DNA from: Candidatus Babeliales bacterium
Lineage (GTDB): Bacteria > Babelota > Babeliae > Babelales > JACPOV01
Assembly (NCBI GenBank): GCA_040879965.1
Contig: JBBDJI010000013.1
Span: forward strand, 298,365-362,364
DNA: 64,000 bases
Direction: 5' to 3'
In this document: piece after piece, positions 1-9,331 of the stretch
Layout of the letters: the number at the start of each line of letters is the position of its first letter
How positions within the stretch are numbered: position 1 is the first letter of the stretch
Notes under the pieces: model-generated
Databases searched by the model: none
The model's input: only the letters and a program-made list of their open reading frames with translations
What the model was told of the DNA's origin: nothing
Position numbers and translations under genes: made by a program

Positions 1-643
1 GAGGATAGTAAGTATAAGATTCACTAGCAGGTGAATACGACGTACGGTATACTCTTCTTGTTACAGCTCGCTGCGGTCTTAGTGTGCGTATTCGCCTACG
101 CTGAAATTTTAAGTCACGGTTTCTTTGCGTTGTTGCATTTATATAAGAACCAAAATCGTTATCTAATAAAGCGGCAATTTCTGTTTCAGATAAATATCCA
201 ATACGCTTTACAATTTCGCCATCTTTTTTTAATGGCTTACCGTCTTTAAACAGAACAATTGTTGGTTCCTCCGATTCTTCTAATTCCCCTTTAACCTCTT
301 CTGTTGCTTCAAAATCGGACATAGTGGTCATTTTAAAATCATTTGCTAAATCATCGGCTAAATCAGGTATTTTTTGTAAATTTACGCCAATAAATGCAAT
401 ATCAGCCTTCTTATAACGACCTTCTTGGCTCAACGCAAAAAAGGCATCTTTCATTTGATTTAATTCTTCTATGCTTACATCATCTTCCGGATAAGGATTA
501 AAATGAACTATCGCCACTTTATGCCGATCAAGAAGCTGATAAAAATCCTTCTCAGACTCCGGCGTGTAGAATTCAGCAAACATATTTAGCGAAACGCTCG
601 CTAAAATAAACAGTAAAAAAGAAAAAAATTGATGTTTCTTCAT
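1..643 (-). CDS. Partial CDS (3' end runs off the window start): secreted hypothetical protein, possibly thioredoxin-fold without CxxC
   Basis: Own minus-strand translation from ATG at 643-641 (MKKHQFFSFLLFILASVSLNMFAEFYTPESEKDF...) stays open to position 2. The ORF track missed it because there is no stop in the window. N-terminus is signal-like. The listed + ORF 31..249 is its antisense shadow. Confidence 0.55.
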   Translation of the reverse strand, partial: MKKHQFFSFLLFILASVSLNMFAEFYTPESEKDFYQLLDRHKVAIVHFNPYPEDDVSIEELNQMKDAFFALSQEGRYKKADIAFIGVNLQKIPDLADDLANDFKMTTMSDFEATEEVKGELEESEEPTIVLFKDGKPLKKDGEIVKRIGYLSETEIAALLDNDFGSYINATTQRNRDLKFQRRRIRTLRPQRAVTRRVYRTSYSPASESYTYYP

Positions 644-676
644 TGTACTCTCCTTTTTATTTACATCATTTTTCAC

Positions 677-1756
677 TTAAACAACAACATCATAATGGAC
701 CTTTTGGTGTATTTTTTGGTTTATTGACCCATTAAGCACGGAATGTATAAAGGTATTAACTTTATACATATATTTTTCTGGATTATAAAAAATGGAATCA
801 AAATGCCTTCTACCCTGTGTAATCCACAATCGCTTATATCCTTTCATATTTTCATATAATGCAAATGCTGATTGAACTGGCACTTTTTCATCACTATGAC
901 AATGAATTAATAAACATGGTATCGAAACTTTTTTTATTGAATCTACCGGATTTAATGGATGAATATATGTGTTGGTTGCCGTCGCATCCATTTGGGCTAC
1001 GGTTTTTAAGAGGGCTTTTAAAAAAGATTGAACATATGGATTAAAAGCAAATTTTTCTAACAAATACCGACCTGGCATTTCAAATGTATAGCCAAAAAGA
1101 TTAAATTTTAAATTCTCAATACTGCGTTTAATAACATTGCTACTTTTATCATACGGACAATCAAGAATCATTGCCGCAAATAATGTGGGATCAGCCGCTT
1201 GCGCTTGGATTGCAGCAACGGCACCCATTGAAAATCCATAAGCAATACATGGTAATTTTTTTAAATCATTTCTTGATTTCAGATAATTTACTGCACCAAT
1301 AACATCTAATGCTTCATCTCTGCCAAATGTACAGCAATGCTCGTCATTAACATGTTCACCGTGTGCTCGAAAATCAAATATTAATACATTGAAATCAGTA
1401 AACATTGTTTGACGAATAAACCCAACGTCAAACTTATCACACATAAATCCATGACATACTAATACGGTAGCATGTGCTTTAGGATTCAAATAAAGAATAC
1501 CACTCCGCTGGATTTTTTTTCCCTTATTATCTTCTGATTGCTGTACTTCAAAAGTTATATATTCGAGTAATCCATTTTTTAAATATTTTTTTTGTTTTTG
1601 CAGATATTCATAAATTCCAACCTCAGAACGTTCTTCTTTTTTTTGCAATACATTATTATTTTCTGAAGCAATCATATATGAATAAAAAAATAGATATAAA
1701 TAGGTTATTACTACTAACTTATTTATTTTAATCTGCCCACGTTCTATCATGAGCAC
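677..1756 (-). CDS. Alpha/beta-fold serine hydrolase with hydrophobic N-terminus
   Basis: 359-aa ORF with nucleophile elbow GFSMGA (GxSxG), VLVCHGF oxyanion-region motif and C-terminal HCHSDEKVP region, as in alpha/beta hydrolases. Confidence 0.7.
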   Translation of the reverse strand: MLMIERGQIKINKLVVITYLYLFFYSYMIASENNNVLQKKEERSEVGIYEYLQKQKKYLKNGLLEYITFEVQQSEDNKGKKIQRSGILYLNPKAHATVLVCHGFMCDKFDVGFIRQTMFTDFNVLIFDFRAHGEHVNDEHCCTFGRDEALDVIGAVNYLKSRNDLKKLPCIAYGFSMGAVAAIQAQAADPTLFAAMILDCPYDKSSNVIKRSIENLKFNLFGYTFEMPGRYLLEKFAFNPYVQSFLKALLKTVAQMDATATNTYIHPLNPVDSIKKVSIPCLLIHCHSDEKVPVQSAFALYENMKGYKRLWITQGRRHFDSIFYNPEKYMYKVNTFIHSVLNGSINQKIHQKVHYDVVV

Positions 1757-1833
1757 CGCCCCTCTTATTTAATTTTTTCTCATACATTATTAAGAGTAGC
1801 AGATTTAATTTTCAGTTTGCAATAATAGATTGG

Positions 1834-1874
1834 TAAAAAAACAGCAGGAATATTGATATTTCCTGCTGTTTTAT
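1834..1874 (-). terminator. Rho-independent terminator downstream of the TrxR-Trx gene
   Basis: Stem acagcaggaa (1841-1850) pairs with ttcctgctgt (1860-1869), 9-nt loop, A-run on the + strand (a T-run on the minus strand). Confidence 0.6.
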
Positions 1875-1889
1875 AGGATAATTATAGGA

Positions 1890-3362
1890 CTAAACTTTAA
1901 TAAAACGCCCTACAAAGTCGTGTAACTGTTTTTTGTTCATTGCTTCATTGTAGCGCCCTATTAATTGGCCATCCTCAAAAACTAGTAAAGTTGGTATTGA
2001 TTTAACATGTAATTGCGTAGCAAGTTCTTGTGCTGAATCCATATCAACCTTATAGAAAGTAACTTGATCGGCAAAATTATGCGCCACTACTTCTAAGTCT
2101 GGCAACATACGCATGCAGCTTGGACAATAATCTGCATAAAAATCGAGAACTACTGGCCCTTGATTTTTAGTAATTGCTTGTTGAAATTCGTCATTTGATT
2201 TAAGCATGCTAATTTGAAGTCTTTCATTTGAAATCGCTTTAACATCAAATAATTGCGCTGTTATTATTTTTGCCATTTGTGTTGAATAACCATGATCTTG
2301 TAAAAAAGCTACTGCATCAAGCGCTGCTTTAATACCATCACCTGCCGCAACTCCTGCTTGTTTATAACGATTATCTTGCACATCACCAGCAGCAAAAACG
2401 CCCGGCATTGATGTTTGTTGCGTACGACCCACAATAGAAAGATAACCAAGCTCATCGGCCCTTAACGCTTCTTTAAACAATTCGGTATTTGGCTCATGAC
2501 CAATCGCTAAAAATACACCTTGAACTGGTAAATCTAAATTGTGATTATTTTTGTTATCAAAAATTTGAATACCGCTCACGTGATCATTTTCGCCAATAAT
2601 TTTCTTTAATTCAACATTATAACGTACACAAACATTTGAGTATTCTTTCAAACGCTCCTGCATAGATGCTGCGGCACGCATATGATCTTTACGAACGAGA
2701 ATGGTTACTTGCTTAGCATATGGCGCCAACTGCATCGCCTCTTCTATGGCTGAATCACCACCACCAATTACCACAACGTCATTATCTTTATGGAAAGGTG
2801 CATCACAAATCGCACAGGTCGTCACGCCTTTACCCCAATATTCTTGTTCTCCAGGAACACCGAGTGTAAGGGGTGTTGATCCTGTCGCAATTACTACTGA
2901 TAAAGCGGTAATTTCGTGCCCACCTTCAGTATAAATTTTATATGGCCATTCGGTTAAATTTAGGCGGGATACGGTATCATGAAGAAAAGTAGCCCCAAAT
3001 GCCTTGGCTTGCTCTGTTAATTCATCTATAACCTGTTTTCCAAGTATTTTAGTACGACTTGGCCAATTTTCTATGTAACTGGTACCCATCAGCGCTCCAC
3101 CAGGAGTATTTCCTTGTATTACCAGAGTATCAATTCTGGCACGAGCACTGTATACTGCAGCACTTAAAGCAGCCGGGCCTGAACCAATAATAGCCACCGG
3201 CATAACATTTTTTGCAGATTTCGCATGATGCATATTAACATCTATGGATTTCAACTTAGGCTGTATTTTCTTGGTAAAACCGATTGCCTTCATACCAATC
3301 AAACCGCCCATAACAGCTAAAAGCAAAAATCCTTTAACCAATATATATCTGAAATTCATCAT
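1890..3362 (-). CDS. trxB: Thioredoxin reductase fused to a C-terminal thioredoxin domain, with an N-terminal transmembrane anchor
   Basis: FAD motif IIGSGPAALSAAVYSARA, redox-active CAICD (canonical CATCD), NADPH motif VVVIGGGDSAIEEA, GVFAAGDV. C-terminal ~110 aa carry a thioredoxin-type YADYCPSCMRM (CxxC). N-terminal hydrophobic helix ILVKGFLLLAVMGGLIGM. Confidence 0.85.
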   Translation of the reverse strand: MMNFRYILVKGFLLLAVMGGLIGMKAIGFTKKIQPKLKSIDVNMHHAKSAKNVMPVAIIGSGPAALSAAVYSARARIDTLVIQGNTPGGALMGTSYIENWPSRTKILGKQVIDELTEQAKAFGATFLHDTVSRLNLTEWPYKIYTEGGHEITALSVVIATGSTPLTLGVPGEQEYWGKGVTTCAICDAPFHKDNDVVVIGGGDSAIEEAMQLAPYAKQVTILVRKDHMRAAASMQERLKEYSNVCVRYNVELKKIIGENDHVSGIQIFDNKNNHNLDLPVQGVFLAIGHEPNTELFKEALRADELGYLSIVGRTQQTSMPGVFAAGDVQDNRYKQAGVAAGDGIKAALDAVAFLQDHGYSTQMAKIITAQLFDVKAISNERLQISMLKSNDEFQQAITKNQGPVVLDFYADYCPSCMRMLPDLEVVAHNFADQVTFYKVDMDSAQELATQLHVKSIPTLLVFEDGQLIGRYNEAMNKKQLHDFVGRFIKV

Positions 3363-3567
3363 TTATCAGCCCTTATTTATCGTTTTTTAATTCATATTGA
3401 AATTTTCTACTCATAATTATTGATCATTATACATTCAAAGAGAATTTTTGGCAACCCAGGGCCTTTTTCCCCTACTAAAAATTCTAGTTGACCAAAGGCT
3501 GATAAATGCGTACACTTTCCCTCGATAGACAGTTGTTCAATAAACATATCTATTATATAGGATACCC

Positions 3568-3966
3568 ATGAACCATTCATACCCTTTCAAAAAAAATTTT
3601 CTGACCTTAATTCTTTTATGTTCTCTTGGTACATCAATGGCAAAAGCAAATACAACTGATGAAAGCCCTACTGAGCTCATGGAGCCTCAATCATCATTTA
3701 CCCAAAATATTAGATGTCCTTTTACCGATACATGTAATCTTGAAACTCTCGCCGATAAGCTTAGCCCTTATATTGCGGTTTTAATGTATTTTTATTATGC
3801 GGAACCGCTCATTAAAAACCAAATTAAAGATGAACGCTTACAAAATGGTACAAAAAAACTTCTAGAATGTTTTATTGGCGTATGGTTTTTAGATGCCGTA
3901 AAAGATCATGCTAAAGCAATTAAAACTTTTTTTGCAAAATCTTCCGAAGAAACTTCTGTTGCATAA
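3568..3966 (+). CDS. Hypothetical secreted protein
   Basis: 132-aa ORF with signal-like N-terminus (FLTLILLCSLGTSMAKA) followed by a terminator hairpin. No recognisable motif. Confidence 0.5.
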   Translation: MNHSYPFKKNFLTLILLCSLGTSMAKANTTDESPTELMEPQSSFTQNIRCPFTDTCNLETLADKLSPYIAVLMYFYYAEPLIKNQIKDERLQNGTKKLLECFIGVWFLDAVKDHAKAIKTFFAKSSEETSVA

Positions 3967-3974
3967 TTGAAAAT

Positions 3975-4010
3975 AACAATCCCGAGTATTTTTATTCGGG
4001 ATTGTTTTCT
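3975..4010 (+). terminator. Rho-independent terminator
   Basis: Stem aacaatcccga (3975-3985) pairs with tcgggattgtt (3996-4006), followed by a T-run. Confidence 0.6.
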
Positions 4011-4184
4011 AAATCTCAATAGTTATCCGCCATTTCCATTTTTAATTTTATAATTGATATAATAAAATATTTATTTTTAATTTTTCCTCATTAAATAAAT
4101 CCTGCAATTGACAAATATTTTCATAACTTTATCCTGTTAATATAAAAATATTTTTGAAAACCTCATATATAGTGGAGGACATTA

Positions 4185-6680
4185 ATGAGTAAATTTTCCA
4201 ATTGGATTAAAATAACTGCTTTTATCTTTTCTTTTTTTATTTTTTCAGAATTTTCTGCGAATCCTGTGCAGGAAAATCCCGCTGAGTTGGAACAAATTTT
4301 ATCAGAAATGAGTCCTGAAGATCAACAACAGTTGCAAGCTGAGCTTGAAAAATTTAGAGATCAATATTTAGAAGAAAAACGTGATGCCGGATTTAAACTT
4401 TTAGAAACATTCGAATTTCTTTGTGAACATCTTGGTCAAATGATTAACAACAATCAGATAAAAAACTTTGATCGCGAAAATGTATTAGCTCATATTAAAG
4501 AAACAAGAAAAACTATTCACGAACTCAAAAAAAATGCAAAAACCGCATTTGATCCTTACAGCATCAAAATCCTGTTCGATATCATTGAAAGTTACATAAA
4601 TCATCTGCGTACTTTAGTGAAAAATAGCTTAAAAACAGTCCCCGAACTTGATTTACAAGGTGTTATTAAACGAAGCATAGAAAGCGAAAAGTTTGACCCA
4701 GAAGAACTCGAAAAGCAAGTTTTACGCTGTCAAAAAAATATTGAATCACTTGAAAGAGAATCACAAAATGTAGGCCGTTCACTTTTTAATAGAGCGTACT
4801 GTCGTATTGAAAAATTCTGTTCAGATCATCATGTATTTTCTCGTACAGGAAAAGCTTTAATACTTGCACTTGGTGGCTATTGGGTTTTATCTCGTATTAA
4901 CAATGATACTTTTGAATCATTTGGTTTTAATAATGTTCCGGGATTAAATTCATTAAAAGAAAGTATCGGTGAAAATCCTAAATTACAGATCACTAAAATC
5001 GGTGAACATAAATCAATCGAAGTCATAAATCAACCGAATGTAACTACTGCAGGATGGATAGAACATTCTTTAGGAAGAGGTGGATTAAACCTTGTTGATT
5101 TAACATTACCGCCACTTATAACTTGGGCTACCTTGTGGGGACCTTTGCAAAACAATTGGGAAGCTATCAAACTGTGGACACAAAAAAAATGGTCCTATCT
5201 GAGAGGTGTTTTACGCGGTGGGCCCGTCGAAAATAAAACAGAATCATGGAAAAAAGACCCAAAACAAAAATTTGATGATGTTATTGGCCAACAAGCAGCT
5301 AAAGATGCTGTAGTAGCCATTAAAGATAGTGTTATCAATGAAGAAGCATGCCGTAGAGCAGGCATTAAACCAGCACAAGGTATCTTATTTTATGGCCCTC
5401 CTGGTACCGGTAAATCTATGCTTGCAGAAGCACTGGGCACTGAATTCAAAAATCATGTAGATAAGAACATTAACTTCCTTGCAATATGCCCCGCAGATTT
5501 AGAATATCTAAAAGCACTAACTGGTTCTCCAACTGGTATTGGTGCTTTATTTGGATTACTCATACCTGATGGCATTACCGTATTAGTACTTGATGAAATT
5601 GATATGATCGGTTTACAACGTGAACGTGATTCTAAAGAATTAAGTCAATTATTAACTGAAATGAGTGGTATTATGAGTGCTAATTCATCCAAACATATTA
5701 TTGTAATTGGTATCACCAATAGACCTGAAAACTTAGATGATGCATTATTGCGTTCCGGCCGTTTTGGTAAGGCAATCTGGTTTGATTACCCTTCATTGCA
5801 AGATCGTATTACTTACCTTACTCGTGAACTTGAAAATCGTTGCATCATAAATATTGATAGCGATTATATTGAGAAACTTGCAAAAGAAACTGAACGTTGC
5901 ACTTTTGAAGACCTTAACAAAATTCTTACGGGTGCCTTACTAAAAGCAAAAGCTCATAGAGAAGCGTTGAATGAAAATCATCTAGAAGAAGCATTTGATG
6001 AAGAAATTCGTCGCATTTTATTTGATGATTCTTCATTGCCTGAAGAACATAAAAAGATGCTCGCTGCTCATCAAGCCGGTCATGCATTAGCAGCCATGCT
6101 TTTAGATAAAATCAATAAAGTAACCAAAGTAACAATTCGCGCAGTCAGTAAAAAACTGCAAGAAGAATCTATATATGCAAAATATAGTGAAAATGGTAAG
6201 TCAAAAGAAAAAACACAAGCAAATGATCCAATAGAACTCGGTAAGGTTTTCACTGAAAAACCAGACAATGTACGTACGCTCTATACCCGCGATGAACTTA
6301 TAAATCAGATTAAGATTAATCTCGCTGGGCATATTGCAGAAAACATTCTTAGATCTAATGCTGGAAACTATCATAAAGAAGATAAAGAAAAAGCACTTGC
6401 TTATGCGCGACAAATTATTTTTGAAGGCATGGACCCAAATAGCTTGCCAAAAAACATAAAAAATAAGCGCAATCATGAAGCATTTGTCCTCATGAATAAG
6501 TGTGAAAAAGAAATAGAAACGCTTCTCTTGCAGTTCAAAACTGAATTGAAAGAAATTGCTGATACATTACAAGAAAAACTCACACTCAGTTATTCTGAAT
6601 TATTTGCGATTCTTAATAAGTCTCTTGAAAATAATGAAGAAAAGCTAAAAATTGAACCAGTAACAGCACCAGCAGCATAG
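4185..6680 (+). CDS. FtsH-like AAA+ protein with a long N-terminal coiled-coil/membrane region and a degenerate M41 protease domain (HQxxH)
   Basis: Walker A GPPGTGKSM, Walker B VLVLDEID, SRH region LLRSGRFGKAIWFDYPS. The M41-like C-terminal part aligns to FtsH (AAHQAGHALAAMLL, VTKVTIRAV, LAGHIAENIL), but the catalytic Glu of HEXXH is Gln. SD ggagga lies upstream of the ATG. Confidence 0.8.
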   Translation: MSKFSNWIKITAFIFSFFIFSEFSANPVQENPAELEQILSEMSPEDQQQLQAELEKFRDQYLEEKRDAGFKLLETFEFLCEHLGQMINNNQIKNFDRENVLAHIKETRKTIHELKKNAKTAFDPYSIKILFDIIESYINHLRTLVKNSLKTVPELDLQGVIKRSIESEKFDPEELEKQVLRCQKNIESLERESQNVGRSLFNRAYCRIEKFCSDHHVFSRTGKALILALGGYWVLSRINNDTFESFGFNNVPGLNSLKESIGENPKLQITKIGEHKSIEVINQPNVTTAGWIEHSLGRGGLNLVDLTLPPLITWATLWGPLQNNWEAIKLWTQKKWSYLRGVLRGGPVENKTESWKKDPKQKFDDVIGQQAAKDAVVAIKDSVINEEACRRAGIKPAQGILFYGPPGTGKSMLAEALGTEFKNHVDKNINFLAICPADLEYLKALTGSPTGIGALFGLLIPDGITVLVLDEIDMIGLQRERDSKELSQLLTEMSGIMSANSSKHIIVIGITNRPENLDDALLRSGRFGKAIWFDYPSLQDRITYLTRELENRCIINIDSDYIEKLAKETERCTFEDLNKILTGALLKAKAHREALNENHLEEAFDEEIRRILFDDSSLPEEHKKMLAAHQAGHALAAMLLDKINKVTKVTIRAVSKKLQEESIYAKYSENGKSKEKTQANDPIELGKVFTEKPDNVRTLYTRDELINQIKINLAGHIAENILRSNAGNYHKEDKEKALAYARQIIFEGMDPNSLPKNIKNKRNHEAFVLMNKCEKEIETLLLQFKTELKEIADTLQEKLTLSYSELFAILNKSLENNEEKLKIEPVTAPAA

Positions 6681-6701
6681 TTTTACAACAACTGGTTATA
6701 T

Positions 6702-6737
6702 AAAAAAGGTCGCTCGTAAAAATGAGCGACCTTTTTT
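6702..6737. terminator. Bidirectional rho-independent terminator between convergent genes
   Basis: Stem ggtcgctc (6708-6715) pairs with gagcgacc (6724-6731), flanked by an A-run on the left and a T-run on the right. Confidence 0.7.
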
Positions 6738-6752
6738 ATATAACCTATCTTT

Positions 6753-7214
6753 TTATATTTCGATTGCATCAATCATGTCGATTCTTTTTTGATAGCGACC
6801 TTTTTTAAATTCCGTATTGAGCCATACTTCAACCATCTCTTGTGCTTGCTCATTAGTAACATAATCTGATGGAAGTGCTAAAACATTAGTATTATCGTCT
6901 TCTTTACTTTCTTGCGCTATTTGTTTATTCCATGCAAGCCCAGCATAAATGCCGGGATATCGATTCGCGATAATGGCCATGCCTATACCAGTACCACATA
7001 ATAAAATACCATAATCTGCTTTGTCACTACGCATTTGTTCAATTGCTGGTATTGCAAATTCAGGATAATCTGACCGTTCATCATCAAAAGCCCCGACATC
7101 AATCCAAGAAAGAATATATGGTGATAAGTTAACCGTAGCTTTTAAAAATTCTTTCATAGCATAACCACGATGATCGGTAGCAATAACAAGATTAAGATTT
7201 TTATTTTTTTTCAT
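6753..7214 (-). CDS. rpiB: Ribose-5-phosphate isomerase B (RpiB/LacAB family)
   Basis: 153 aa with family motifs IATDHRGY and LLCGTGIGMAIIANR. Confidence 0.85.
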   Translation of the reverse strand: MKKNKNLNLVIATDHRGYAMKEFLKATVNLSPYILSWIDVGAFDDERSDYPEFAIPAIEQMRSDKADYGILLCGTGIGMAIIANRYPGIYAGLAWNKQIAQESKEDDNTNVLALPSDYVTNEQAQEMVEVWLNTEFKKGRYQKRIDMIDAIEI

Positions 7215-7224
7215 TTATTTTCCC

Positions 7225-7926
7225 TTAAAAACAATGATAATCGTAAGCCAATATATCCGGATCCGGAAAACGTTGATAAATAACACTACCATTCCGATCT
7301 AAGCACCAAGTTAAGCATATTTTGCGATCATACGTAGAAAATAAAAGCATTAAAGATTTTGTATTCTGATTAATTAATGAAACACCATCAGGATCTTTCA
7401 TATTAAATTTTACTAAATAAGGTGTTTTAAATCGTGTAAATGCTTTTCCATAAAAAATTACATATTCTGGTGGTAAATTTTCAAGCTTTGCAATTTCAAC
7501 CGGCTTGTAATAATGATCATTAACAAAAAGGCTTATTGACCATTCAGGATTTTTACTTATTAATGATTCTTCAGCAAAACGTGTCGTAATTGCCGCTAAT
7601 ATATAAAACGAAATACATTGTTGATTTAACGTAAGTTCATTTTGTAATAAATTCTGATATTTTTGCTGCGTCAAACAATGTTTTTGAGCATATATTTGTA
7701 CATATGCAGCACGTACTTCATTAGAAAGCCAAATAATATTAAAATGAGCAAGTGGTGAAAATTGTTCATAAACATGTTCTGAGCGCAAATATTGACGCAC
7801 TGTTTGAGTTGGCATATCAATTTTTTCACCTTGATAAAAAACATCTTGCAACCAACAACTATATCGATTATTACAGCCAGGCAAACATACTATTATTATT
7901 AGAAGAAAAAAAAACTCTCGCTTCAT
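7225..7926 (-). CDS. Hypothetical protein, possible lipoprotein
   Basis: 233-aa ORF whose N-terminus FFFLLIIIVCLPGCNN resembles a lipobox. No other motif. Confidence 0.45.
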   Translation of the reverse strand: MKREFFFLLIIIVCLPGCNNRYSCWLQDVFYQGEKIDMPTQTVRQYLRSEHVYEQFSPLAHFNIIWLSNEVRAAYVQIYAQKHCLTQQKYQNLLQNELTLNQQCISFYILAAITTRFAEESLISKNPEWSISLFVNDHYYKPVEIAKLENLPPEYVIFYGKAFTRFKTPYLVKFNMKDPDGVSLINQNTKSLMLLFSTYDRKICLTWCLDRNGSVIYQRFPDPDILAYDYHCF

Positions 7927-7993
7927 ACTTACGCCTCTTTTGATATCCTTATATCAATGAGTAGCCTAAAAAATTAGCCCACAATTTACAAGC

Positions 7994-9232
7994 TTGAAAG
8001 CCCTTATGAACAAATATACTTACTGGCTTCTTTCATTCCGTTATATTCAAGGCGCAGCGCATCAAAAAAGTATAAGCACTATGCTTATCATGTGTTTCAT
8101 AAGTACTTTTATTGCCACATGTGCTTTGAGTTTGATTTTATGTATAATGAACGGATTTGAACAAGCAACACTCAAAAGCTTACAAGGAATTCACGCTGAT
8201 ATTATCATGCAAGCACATAATCAAGGTATTGATGTAATCGCTCTAGAAAAATTATTTAAAAAAGAATTTCCTCAAATTAATTCATGGAGCCCAACAGAAC
8301 TGCAGCAAGGTCTTTTATATCCTGCTTTTAATAATAATACGCCAGCAGTTGTTTTAATCAAAGCTATTGATCCCAAAAAAGAAGCACAAACAACCGCTAT
8401 AGTTTCATCTTTATTGCCATCAACTAAAAACTTTCAAAACCTTTTTTCAGATTTTTCTATCATCATCGGCTATAAATTAGCACGAAATTTATCATTAAAA
8501 TTAGGTGATATTGCCACACTAGCCATACCATCAGATCAAACTAACATTAAAAATATTCATTTAGAACAAGCTTCAGCAAAAGTTTCTGGCTTTTTAAAAA
8601 CTGGTATTGAAGAATATGATTCTGGACTTATATTATGTTCACTTTCCTTTTTGGAAAAAATAATACCAGAAATTGGTGTTTCATTTATTAACATAAAAAT
8701 AGAACCTAATACCAATCAAAAAACTATAATTAATCAATTACAAGCACGTACCGGTCTTGATGTTTATTCATGGCAAGAACTTTATCCAGCACTTATTTCA
8801 GCATTAAAATTAGAAAAATATACTATGTTTTTTATTGCAAGCTTAATGATGCTCATTGCCAGTATAAGCATTATTTCACTTTTATTTATGCTCATTACTG
8901 CTAAGCGCGGTGATATGGCAATTTTACAAGCTATGGGTATGTCTTTGCGGCATATTAAATTTGTTTTTCTATTAATTGGTACAGGTATTAGCTTAATAAG
9001 CAGCTGTCTAGGATTAATAACAGCCTATATTATTGGTTACATAATCCAAACATATCAGTTGATTCCGCTTCCTGATGCTTATTTTGTTTCCCACTTACCG
9101 GTTGCATTAGAACTTCGATCTTTTCTTATTGTGTTTGTTATCGTAATCTTGATAAGTTTGAGTGCAACCTATTTTTCAATAAGACCCGCAAAAGAATTAA
9201 CGCTTATTAAGTTATTACGGCTCGAAGCATAA
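7994..9232 (+). CDS. LolC/LolE-type (FtsX-like) ABC transporter permease
   Basis: 412 aa with N-terminal TM plus MNGFEQ motif, a large periplasmic domain and three C-terminal TMs, as in the FtsX/MacB/LolCE architecture. Start is either TTG 7994 or ATG 8006. Confidence 0.7.
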   Translation: MKALMNKYTYWLLSFRYIQGAAHQKSISTMLIMCFISTFIATCALSLILCIMNGFEQATLKSLQGIHADIIMQAHNQGIDVIALEKLFKKEFPQINSWSPTELQQGLLYPAFNNNTPAVVLIKAIDPKKEAQTTAIVSSLLPSTKNFQNLFSDFSIIIGYKLARNLSLKLGDIATLAIPSDQTNIKNIHLEQASAKVSGFLKTGIEEYDSGLILCSLSFLEKIIPEIGVSFINIKIEPNTNQKTIINQLQARTGLDVYSWQELYPALISALKLEKYTMFFIASLMMLIASISIISLLFMLITAKRGDMAILQAMGMSLRHIKFVFLLIGTGISLISSCLGLITAYIIGYIIQTYQLIPLPDAYFVSHLPVALELRSFLIVFVIVILISLSATYFSIRPAKELTLIKLLRLEA

Positions 9233-9331
9233 AAGAGATTTTTCATATTTTTTGATATAAACTAATACGATAATCTTTTTATGAAAAATAACAATTTATC
9301 AAGTATCGAATAGTTCTTATAGGAAAAAACT

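Noticed and set aside
31-249. 72-aa + strand ORF at the window start
   Set aside because: It lies antisense to a longer minus-strand ORF (1..643) that has a proper ATG, a signal peptide and protein-like composition. This is a typical shadow ORF.
2701-2934. Many short ORFs nested antisense or out of frame in recognised genes (e.g. 859..1044, 2701..2934, 6080..6476, 13178..13444, 38817..39397, 40357..40921, 47564..47971, 53249..53674, 61035..61979, 62711..62893)
   Set aside because: Each is fully contained in a longer ORF with clear family motifs. They show odd composition and no SD, so I treat them as spurious.
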